From contig NW_027361684.1 in NCBI RefSeq assembly GCF_039654945.1, positions 52,452,001-52,516,000 of the forward strand: a DNA stretch of 64,000 nt, read 5' to 3'. Positions within the stretch are counted from its first letter, which is position 1; every line of letters starts with the position of its first letter. Below are positions 22,657-33,180 of this stretch, one piece after another. Below the pieces are notes generated by a model that did not search any database, was not told where the DNA came from, and saw nothing but the letters and a program-made list of their open reading frames with translations. This DNA is from Dendrobates tinctorius. Taxonomy: Eukaryota. Position numbers and translations under genes: made by a program.

Positions 22657-23361
22657 GTGCATTTGAACGACAGGGTGCATGGGGAGGTGTATGTCTGCTT
22701 TGAAGGCCCGCTGGGGGCTCATTTAAAGAAGGAAGTGAAAGAGCGCATTTGGAAGGATGAGTACGTGGAAATATTTTCCTTGTTGCCTCTCAAGAAATTT
22801 AATCTGGATAAGAGTAAGAAAGAGGCTAGCAAGAAGGAGGAGGAAGAAAAACGCAGGTGGCGCTTAATCCCTCAGACGTTTATCAACTGGCAGCAGGCCT
22901 TTGCCATTTTGGCAAGCGTCATTGGGGAAAAAGCCCCTGACAATTGCTCTGCCCTGTTTTGTTACCTGGATGCTATAGGGGAAGCTTACAGAGTGTATGG
23001 GGGTCAGGCGGGGCTGAGGTACAATGAGCAATTTCGGCAGAGGAAGGCTGTCCGTACTGCTATCTGTTGGGACCAGAAGGACATTGGCCTGTGGATGCGT
23101 GTTATAGCACAAAATAAGTTTGGGAGCTCCTTTCATGGGGGGCTGGGAGCACCAGCCAAAGTAGCAGTAACTTCAGCGGCACAAGCGGAAGCGGGCAAGG
23201 GCAAACAGCAAGTCACAAATTGGGTGTGTGCTGGCAGTTTAACGACGGCCAGTGTAAGTTTGGGGCAAATTGCAAATTCAAGCATCTCTGCTCCAACTGC
23301 AACGCGCTTCACAAGGAGCGTCCGAGTGTTTCAAAAAAGAGAAGCCCAGAGCCCGGAGTAG
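22657..23361 (+). pseudogene. Ngaro gag-like ORF
   Basis: PLGAHL..EVKERIWKDEYVEIFSLL, W.QAF.ILASV, Y.EQFRQR; frameshifted CWQFNDGQCKFGANCKFKHLCSNC zinc finger. Confidence 0.8.
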
Positions 23362-23379
23362 TAATTCACAAGGGGGAGA

Positions 23380-24490
23380 CTCCAGTGAATCTGGAAAAGA
23401 TGGACCCTTCTCCAAATAGATATACGGACAGGGATAAAGCAGCATTGCTTTATGCGGGTTTTAAGGAGGGTTTTGTTATCCCTCATCCCCCGTTCGTCAT
23501 TCCGCTAGTTTTGAAGAATTTGCGTTTGGCTCTGTTGCATACCGCGGTCATTTCAGAGAAACTTGAAAAGGAAGTTTCGTTGGGCCACATGGCTGGCCCC
23601 TTTGTTTCTCCCCCGTTTTCGGACTTGGTGGTTTCCCGTTTGGGAGTTGTTCCGAAAAAGGAGCCGAATAAGTTTCAGCTTATTCAGCACTTGTCTTACC
23701 CACGTGGGAGGTCGGTTAACGACGGTATTGATCCAGAGATCTGTTTGGTGGTTTACTCATCCTTCGATGAGGCAGCACGGTGGGTGTGGAAGTGCGGTCG
23801 GGGGGGCCCTCATGGCTAAGACTGATGTCGAATCCGCATTTTGTCTTTTACCAGTCCACCTGGATAGCATGGAGCTGCTGGGTTGCTATTGGGAAGGCAT
23901 GTTTTTCGTGGACAGGTGTTTACCCATGGGATGTTCGTTGTCCTGCGCGTATTTTGAAGCCTTCAGTTCTTTTCTTGAGTGGGTTGTGCGTGATGTTTCC
24001 GGTTTCGAATCGGTCACTCACTACTTTGATGATTTTTTGTGCGTTGGCCCTGCGGATTCATTGCGTGGTCACAGGATCTTGAAAGCCATTGAGTGGGTGG
24101 CTGAGCGTTTTGGAGTCCCACTGGCGCCCGGTAAAACGGAGGGCCCTAGTACGTGCCTGCGTTTCTTTGGGATTGTCATTGAGTTCAGGCTGCCTGAGGA
24201 CAAGGTAATGGATCTGCAGGCGGAAGTGGTTCGGGCGCGCCGTTTGAAGAAAGTTTCGCTGCGTGATCTCCAGTCGCTGTTGGGGAAGCTAAACTTTGCA
24301 TGTCGAGTTATGCCGATGGGGCGGGTTTTTTCACGTAGGCTGGCAAGCGCTACTGCGGGGATTCGAGCCCTTCATCATTTCATCAGATTGTCGTCGGAAC
24401 TCAAGGCAGATTTGGCGGTTTGGGAGTCTTTTTTGGAGGGGTATAATGACAGCTCGTTGGTGATGGCTGAGGTTGTTGGTAACGACGCGG
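23380..24490 (+). pseudogene. Ngaro reverse transcriptase (frameshifted, RNase H deleted)
   Basis: LGVVPKK..FQLIQHLSYP, MAKTDVESAF, LPMGCSLS, HYFDDF, KTEGP, LQSLLGKLNFA. Confidence 0.9.
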
Positions 24491-24499
24491 GTTTTCACC

Positions 24500-25076
24500 T
24501 CTTCAGAAGCAGGGGCGATTTGAGGCGGCCAGTATCTTTTAATTTATTGGAGCAGTTGGGCATCATTTTGGAATCGGTATGTTCTTCGCGTTACGAGGTT
24601 TCGTTGTTTCATCTAGCTTTTTCGTTTGCATTTTTGGGGCTTTACGCGTGGGAGAGCTTGTTTCCTCCAGCAAATAGTAGTTAGGCGGGTTATTGGCTAG
24701 AGATGTCATATTGACCTTGCGAGGCGTTGAATTTTGGCTGCGGCGGTCCAAGACGGATCAGTCGGGAAAAGGCCGAGTGGTGTTGGGCAGCGTGCCCGGT
24801 TCCTTAATGTGCCCCGTTCAGTGCTTACAGCGTTTTTGGGAGCTTCGTCGCAGCTTGAACGGCTCTCTGTTGTGTCATGTTGATGGTGGTAGTCTGTTCG
24901 GCGCCGTTTTCAAGAAATCCATTAGGTTGTTGGGCCTGGACGACTCCCGCTTTGCTCCTCATTTTATCAGGATAGGGGCAGCAACGGAAGCAGCAGCTGG
25001 GGGTTTGGGTCCGGCTTCTATACAGCGCATTGGTGGTTGGAAGTCCAATCGGTACTGCAGTTACATTAGGCCTTAA
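24500..25076 (+). pseudogene. Ngaro tyrosine recombinase, C-terminal part
   Basis: D.RRPVS, AF.GAL-like, RRSKTDQ.G.G, CPV, PH.IRIGAAT.AA, IQRIG.WKS..Y.SYIRP. Confidence 0.88.
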
Positions 25077-25781
25077 TTTTGCTGTCATCTAGTGCAATCT
25101 TTCATTTAATGGTACAATCTCTGCTCCTGCTGCAATCCCTGTTTGCTGTCATCTAGTGCAACCTTTCATTTAACGGTATATAACAGTGCCTACTAAATGT
25201 TTTCTAAATTCATTTGTTGCATTGAACTCAATACTTACTGCTGTATAGCCATCTTGGGGCCAGTAGAGATGTTATCAGGTGTAAGGTGCTACTAGCATAT
25301 GGATGTAGCCAGGCCCTGTGCCTTTGATTTGTCTAACATCCCCTGGTGTGCTAGGCAATTGGTAATTTATCCCAAATCAGTTCCCACAATCCATCTCACC
25401 TGATCCTCTACTTAGCCCTATATATTCAGATGCCTTCTAGGGGGGCACGTGTGCGGGTCAGGCACACGTGTCTCCCTGCAGCAAAAGTATAGCGAAAATG
25501 CAGTTATTACTACGGCAGTTAGTCTTGGCAGGAGTCAGGACCCCACACTATCTACCTGTCTCTTTTGGGTATGTCTGCTGAGTAAGCCATTCTTATTACT
25601 TGGACCTAGCTTATTTCTTCACCATGTTTACATATGCCCTCACAGTGTTGTTTGCTCCTTTAGTCCTCATTCTCCTTCGCTATCCCCAAACCCCAGCAGC
25701 CTCTAACCAAATAATCATCTCCCCTTCCCTCCCCACCTGACCTCCTTTGCTGAACTGCTCCTCAACCTCAAATCTGTCCGA

Positions 25782-26756
25782 ATGAAACATAAAACAAGCT
25801 GCCCACTCTCCTTCTCCCATCTGCTCTCCCTTTCTCTGCTTCTCCTCACTGCTGGCGACATATCTCTCAATCCCGGACCCCCACAGCTCTCACCCCCCAC
25901 TACTTCCCCTTCCTACCGCTCCCTATCTAATAAGAACTACCACAATCTTTCCAACTTAAAACCTGTGCCATTGACACCCAACCCCCTGCTCCCTCTCTCG
26001 GGTGCACATTGGAATGCCCGCTCCATATGCAATAAGCTCCATGTGATTCATGACCTCTTTCTCTCTCACAATCTTGCCTTCCTCGGCCTCACAGAAACAT
26101 GGCTGACACCCTCTGACACCGCCTCCCCTGCTGCGCTGTGTTACGGCGGCCTCCACTTTACCCACACTCCTTGCCCTGGCAACAGACACGGTGGAGGAGT
26201 GGGTCTTCTCCTTTCTTCCAACTGCACCTTCAACCCAATCTCACCTCTTCCCTCCCTAATCCTTCCCTCTTTTGAAGTCCACTCTGTCCTCATCTACTCT
26301 CCCTCCAACCACCAAGTGGCCGTCATATACCGACCTCCAGGCCCGACCACTGCCTTCATTGACCAATTCTCTACCTGGTTTCTTCATTTTCTTTCAACTG
26401 ACACCCCCACTATCATCATGGGTGACTTCAACATCCCCACTGATACCCTTCAGTCAGCAGCCTCCAAACTCCTGTCCCTTACTTCATCCTTTGGACTTAC
26501 TCAGTGGTCCTCCTCAGCCACCCACACAGATGGACACACATTAGACCTGGTCTTCACCCATCTCTACTCTCTTTCTAACTTCACCAACTCCCCTCTCCCT
26601 CTATCTGACCATCATCTACTCACTTTCTCATCCCTGTCCTCCTCACCTGGCACCCATGTCCAGCAACACGCACACCCCCGCAGAAACCTTGCACACCTAG
26701 ACATCCACCCCCTCTTACTCTATTCTACCACTGGCATCCATATCCTCACTCCATGA
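25782..26756 (+). pseudogene. L2 ORF2 N-terminus: 2A-like motif and APE endonuclease
   Basis: LLLLTAGDISLNPGP, WNARS, LTETWL, GGGVG, IYRPP, MGDFN, TH.DGHTLDLV, LSDH; frameshift after 26700. Confidence 0.9.
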
Positions 26757-27521
26757 CACAGACAGTGCCACTGCTTTCTACAATGCCACTCTCGCATCAG
26801 CTATTGACACGGTTGCCCCTCTTGTTCATGGTAGAATGCGACGTATCAACAGACAACCCTGGCACAATAACACCACTAAAAAGCTCCGGCAAGTGTCCAG
26901 GACTGCAGAGCGGTGCTGGAAGAAAACAAATTCGCAAGATGACCACCACATTCAAACAGGCAACACTCGACTTCAAATCTGCCCTCACCTCTGCTAAACA
27001 GGCCTAGTTCACAACCCTCATATCTTCCCTATCTTAGAACCCAAAACAGTTATTCAAAACTTTTAACTCCCTCCTCCACCCACCACTGCCTCCTCCAACC
27101 TCCCTCATCTCTGCCGAGGACTTTGCCACACATTTCAAAAACAAGATTGACCAAACAAGGCAAGTCTTCATCACTCAACCACCACAACCCCTTTGTATAC
27201 CAGACCAATGCCCAAACCCCATAACTTCACTCTCCAACATCAGTGAAGGGGAGCTTAATCGCCTCTTTTCCAAATCGCACCTCACAACCTGTGCACTTGA
27301 CCCCATCCCATCCCACTTCCTCTCCAACCTCACCACCACACTTATCCCATCCCTAACCCACCTCTTCAACCTATCACTAACGTCCGGTACCTTCACTTCT
27401 GCTTTCAAGCATGCCACAATCACGCCTATCCTTAAAAAGCCAACCCTGGACCCAACCACTATGTCCAGCTATCGCCCAATATCATTGCTTCCATTCGCTT
27501 CCAAACTCCTGGAACAGCATG

Positions 27522-28245
27522 TGTTATGAATGAGTCACCGAGGAGGAAAAAACAAACAGCAAGCTAAGCCCAGAAAACCGGAGAGGTTGGTAACTAGCGG
27601 ATTGCAGACCCCTGTTCCTATCCCCACAACTAGCAGTAGCCGTGGAGCGTGCCTACGGTGGTCCTATATGCCTCGTCACGGCCGGAGAACTAAATAAGCC
27701 TAAAGAAAGGGAAAATCTAAACTGCCCCAGAGCAGACCCCAAAGCAATAGACAGCCCCCAACATGTATTGTCGGTGAAACAAGATGAAAACACAAACACA
27801 GATAGAAAGATAGGCTGAGCAAATGATGGGGCCCTCACTAACTAGAAAGGACAGGAAAGAAAAGCTGCTGTCTGCAGTCACGCAAAAAACCCTGCCAACA
27901 CGTCTGATAGAAAAAGGCCCTGAAGTCGCTAGACTTCAATTCCCTATATCAGCACTCAGGTATATTCTGAAGACAGAGCAAAAGAGGTAAACTGATCAGA
28001 GACAAAATGGGGATTCAGCCCAGTCCCAGCCAGGGCTGACTGAACACAAAAACGAAGCAAACCAGACGAAAATTCATATGAACAATTGCAGAGAAAACTT
28101 AGCTTTAAGAAGGCAGGAACCAAACTGGAAACCAGAAGCCACAGTCAGGAGAAATCACCAGCAAGAAACTAGGGAGTCGGCTGCCTTAAATCCAATCAGA
28201 AATTCCTGATGTCCAATCACAGTCCTCTTCCTCAGGTGGCCCGCT
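27522..28245. mobile_element. Truncated LTR fragment inside L2
   Basis: Begins TGTTATG exactly where L2 coding similarity stops. The other end was lost together with the L2 RT; no TSD. Confidence 0.55.
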
Positions 28246-28595
28246 GCCTCCTTCTCTCACCACTACTGGTGATATCACCTCAACCAACACCGGAACTGCT
28301 GCAACCCACCAACCTACTGTCTCCTTCCCCACCATCCTGTAGCATGTAAGCCTGAAAGGGCAGGGTCCTCTCCCCTCTGTATCAGTCTGTCATTGTTAGT
28401 TTGTTTACTGTAAGTGATAACTGTAATTTGTATGTAACCCCGTCTCATGTACAGCACCATGGAATCAATGGTGCTATATAAATAAATAATAATTTTGGGG
28501 GTTGGCTCGGGGAGAGCATGGGGGGGTGGAGAGAGAGTTACGTTCACTAGTATTTCAGGTATGTTTATGATTTTAGCAATGCCTTTTTGTTTCAG

Positions 28596-29287
28596 GTGTC
28601 GAGCCTTTGCTGGTTTGCATTTTTGGTCATTCCTTTGTTTATTGGGGAGCATTGCGAGCCGATATCAGGAACGAAGGCAGACAGCTGGGCTTCCCCAGGA
28701 CCATGGCGTTGGTGCGGTGGCTTGGTTTCAGGAGAATGGAGTGGAGAAGGGTTCTACAGGAAATACATGACTGCGCCCAGTTGGACCGTGCACCGGACAT
28801 TCTTATTCTTCACGTTGGGGGCAACGATCTGGCGGTCCAACCCTTTCGTGAACTGATAAAGGACATTAAGCAGGATTGTTTGCGGTTGTGGTTGTTGTAC
28901 CAGGGGGTTACTATCGTCTGGTCTGATATTGTTCCATGCAGGCGATGGCCTTCTATGAGGTCCTTGGCAAAGGTAAATAAGGCCAGGATCAAAGTCAACA
29001 AGGCGGTGTCTCCTTTTGTTGTTAGGAATGGGGGAGTGGCTGCGCGACATTTTGACCTGGAAAAGGGCGAGGGCGATTTTTGGCTGGCCGACGGGGTCCA
29101 TTTAAACGGTGTTGGTTCCGACATTTGGGCTCTCGGTCTTCAGGAGGGCATAGAGAAGGCCATAGCATGGCGGGTTGAGGGGGGATTCAGGCCATTGAGG
29201 TGTTCAGGGGCCCTTGTTGTGACGGTTCGGAGGAGGGGGGAGTCCTTGAAGTCGGTTGGAAATTGCTTTTGGAGACTCAGTGTTTAG
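28596..29287 (+). CDS. SGNH/GDSL hydrolase ORF of the Ngaro element
   Basis: Block I IFGHSFV, block III ILHVGGNDL, block V DGVHL; the open frame begins at acceptor tttttgtttcag. Confidence 0.85.
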
Positions 29288-30075
29288 GGTCTCCTCCATT
29301 AAAAAGGTATGTTGGTGGTGATCTGGTGAAAGGTGGATGGGGAGTTTCCGACAGAAGTGGGCGGATCCCCAAGTAGCTTAGTGGACAATATATCTCGGTG
29401 TGTTGGTGCTCCTGAGCCTGTGGGGTAACGGCAGTGAGTAATATGATGGGTTTTGTTCACAGCATTTTCGGGCTACTTCACCTAGATCTTGTGGCTTCAA
29501 GGACTCCTCCTCAGTGTTCAAGTTTATTGTATTTATGTCATTCATAATACATTGTCTACTGTTTGTTGTTTAATAAAAAGCTGCTGTGGCCATAAATATA
29601 CAGAGTCTATAGTATACTTGATATGATAAATCAAATGTTTTATTTGCTGTTGTACCAGCCAGACACAATGGCTGAACAGACACGTTCATTCATACATGGA
29701 CTGTGTCTTCTCTATGGCAGAAAGAAAACCCTTTCTACATCAGAAATGAAACTATAGAAAGTGGATTTCTGGATAAGCAGATTGGACCTTGATATCTTCA
29801 TCAAGCTCAGAAAACCTTGTATTTGTTAAAATAAAATAGGCATCCATCACTGCCGACCTTTAATCACTTCTGGCTGATGCCAAAGCCTATATAGCTATAT
29901 CATTCGACTGTCCGCTGTATAATACAGTAATGCTGCTGTCAGTGCATTTCTCCAACGCCTTGCCAGGCATCTCCTCCCTGTTCATCATGCCATCTATATT
30001 GTGCTATATAAAGCTGCTACTAAACAGCCATGCCAGTAAAAACATCTCCTGCCTGCTTATGTGTTATAGGGCTAC

Positions 30076-30892
30076 TGTCACGTGTACTTGTCCTGTGTGA
30101 CATGACCCGCAGGTCGGTAACTGAAACATCAAGACAAAAGGGGAACACCAGGGAAACAGTTACAATGGTGGGTCCTGCAATAGGGAACGGGGACGTGGAG
30201 ACCTCCTGAACTCCCCTGAGGCAGTGTCCCTGAACACTCCTAACGTTCCCTATACAGGCTCTTCACCTGTCACCGACCAAATACCTGAATTACTCACTAG
30301 CCCTGCACCTATCCGTTACTTTGGAAATGGATAGTGCGGACACTGGTCCCACCGCTGCACTAATACACACAAACGAAAAATACACCAAACCGGGGAAAAC
30401 AAAACATTTATCTTTCTCTGCTACAGTCATCGGGCAGCAGAGGTCATCACCGGATTAGCTTTCAGCAGTGGCTCGACACCTAAAAGCCAGCTGCTACCTT
30501 CACCATCTTTCTCTGCTGCAAATACCGGGCAGCAGAGTTCAGCACCAGATCAGCTTTCAGCAGTGGCTAAACACCTCAGAGCCAGCTGCTAACTTCACTG
30601 TGGTTGGAATCCACCAAGGACCTGCTATTACCACTCAGCTGATACACCAGGTGACCTTACATAGCAAAGGAGGAGTGGTCACCATCAGCAGAGAAACCAA
30701 AGACATGTAATAACCCCAGTGACCACCGGGGGCAAAAGGTAAAGCAAAGAAAACTATCAGACATCTAATAACACCTGTGGCCACCGGGGGGCAAAAACCC
30801 ATATTAAGGCCCCAAAGGCCTGAAAGGAAAAAAAAAAGGTTTAAATGAGGGAATCCAGAATCTGACACAGATCCAAGAATTGGACTGTGACA
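30076..30892. mobile_element. Solo LTR
   Basis: TGTCAC...GTGACA with 5-bp TSD GCTAC (30071-30075 and 30893-30897). Confidence 0.88.
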
Positions 30893-31624
30893 GCTACACT
30901 GTAATACTGCTACAGGGACTGACAGAGCTGGCTCTACAATGCTGGAAATTTCCTTGCATGCAATGTCTTGCTCTACACTGTCTGCTGTTGCTACTTCCCG
31001 TGACACTGCCACTAGACATGCAAACACTCTGTGCTTGTCAAGAGTGCTCTATAGCAATAAATGTTCTGCTGCTGGGAAGTGTACCCTCTTCAGGGTGCAC
31101 AAACATGAAAAAAGTGCTCCCAAATTAGGGATAATTGTTTCACAATTTGCTGATAAATCATTGCTTTTTCTTCTTAATAGCTAATCTTTTTCTGCTTCCT
31201 ATAAAAGGGGATAATCTTTGAATGGCTTCGGGAAAAAAAAAAAAAAAAAAAAAAAAACCACATTGCAATTCTTTATTCCATTTTGTTAAATCGCAAACCT
31301 GATGCAAATAGCAAATCATTTTGTCTTCAATATGAAAAAAGCAAACATTTAACAAATAAAAAAAAAAAAAAAACACATCGCTTTTACTCGAGCTATCCAA
31401 AAATGAGCGCTTCTTCATTTAGCAAAAAGCACACCTCTTGGTGCTCCCAAAACATGTTTGTCTTTTGTGCCCCTCATGAAGCTTTGGCTTCTTCTGTGTA
31501 TACTGCCCATGTATAAAATCTGCAAGACAGGCATCTTCCCTAAAAAAAGATATAACATGTGGACCATTTCTACAACTAAAAAAGCCTAAAAAGCCTGTGT
31601 TACACATCTTTTTGAGGCAATTAA

Positions 31625-32219
31625 AGGGAATCGGTCACAGTTTTCTTTTTTTGTTTATAAACTATGTCCGTCACCTTTAAGGTCATAAGAATGTGGTTTC
31701 TACAACCTCGTTATATCTCAGACGTGCCTTTGCATACCTTAGAAAAAGCCACCTTTTCTAATTGCATGTACGTGGATGATGTCTCTCCGTCATCTGTGTA
31801 GTGCCTGAAGTCTCGCGCCTGGGCAGCAGAAACGGAGATCTACGCAGGTGCTTGCCACTGTGCACTATTGAGCAGTCACTGATTCCACTACACAGGTGTG
31901 AGACTTCAGGCACTACCAGGATGACGGAGAAACGTCATCCACTTACATGCAGTTAAAGGAGGTGGTGTTTGACGGGACTGGGCCAGCGTTTGAAGGGACC
32001 AAGATGACACTAACCACAATCAGAAAACACCAATTGGACCATACCGCGCAATTTACATTCAGCGTGGGACAAGAATAAAACAAACACTTTTTCTGAAGTA
32101 TACAGCGACATGTCTGAGGATATAAAGAGACAGCAGGAAGCCAATTCTTATGATATTGGAGGTGAAGGGCACAGTTTATAAGCAAAAAAAAAACCAAACA
32201 AACTGGTGACAGGTTCCCT
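31625..32219. mobile_element. Kolobok/T2-type MITE
   Basis: TTAA TSD; termini AGGGAATCGGTCAC / GTGACAGGTTCCCT; central palindrome at 31760-31950. Confidence 0.8.
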
Positions 32220-33106
32220 TTAAAGGCTTAGTAGTACTGGTGATTTGTAACAAACTGGTTTCCTAAGAATCTATTTTTTTGGAAAAATTAGCTGAACCCA
32301 GCAAATTCAAAGTTTAAAAGATTTGATCATCTCCATTACAATAGATACAGAATAATTTAATATGGTACAGTTTTTCACGTAAGATGATAGGGTTACAGAC
32401 ACATAGAACACTACTTTGAAGCAGCTGATCAGGTGCATGGATGGCAGTCATGTGATTTAAAACAATCACAAGTATGATCTCTAGTTAAGCCACAAATAAG
32501 GACATCTGACCAAAATGCCTAAAATGGCCACAAAGTCTAACTTTTAACATAACTTGACGTTTAACAAGGATTCAGTCCCCGATTCTGGATAGTTCTAGAA
32601 TTCTCTCTGGTGGAAGAAGTCTCCATTCATCCATGCACTGTATGGGGAACCATTTAGTGGGAAGTGGTGAGATGATGCCGACCGTTGTACAGTATTTTGA
32701 TTCATTAGTTACTTATCACTAATAAGAGATATAGGGGTTTTCAAGAAAAAAAAAATACATAAACAGCGTATGCATAAAGAAAATATTCCAGACAGATACA
32801 AAATAATTCTAGAAGTTGTAAGACAAGCGTCCCTTTTTTTGGAAAGAGACAATATTAAGTGAAAACGGACAAAAAAAAACCCACTTAATTTCTAGGTCAG
32901 ATTACGGGTTATGTTACATAATAGGGGGTTTCTAAACCAAAACAATTATGATGAATCAGCAGTGGTCTATACAGTATATAGTAAAAAACAAAACTATTAT
33001 GGATACACATCTGTATGTCTTCTATATGAGTTTTAAATTTATTTACAGTCCTTATACTTAACTTTGAGTGTGATGTGTGGTGGAGGTCTGACCCTGGGGA
33101 TCTTAC

Positions 33107-33180
33107 TAATCCTGCAATCTCTTTCATTGTCTTAGTAGGCAAAAGTGGTGCTAGAATATCTAAGACAGCAATGTAATTTC
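33107..33180 (-). CDS. Candidate host coding exon, 74 nt
   Basis: Acceptor ttatcag and donor TTA/gtaaga; open frame GNYIAVLDILAPLLPTKTMKEIAGL (phase 1 to 0). Gene not recognised. Confidence 0.35.

Larger units (their letters stand above)
25082..28489 (+). mobile_element. L2 (CR1-group) LINE with most of RT deleted
   Basis: APE ORF, RT start ([14 protein letters not shown]), conserved 3' tail ending in (AAT)n; TAATTTTG on both flanks. Confidence 0.9.
21470..29600 (+). mobile_element. Ngaro-type tyrosine-recombinase retrotransposon, degenerate, with an L2 insertion
   Basis: Order gag-like, RT, YR, SGNH hydrolase; AATAAA near 29572. The 5' end appears truncated and split direct repeats were not found. 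Confidence 0.85.
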
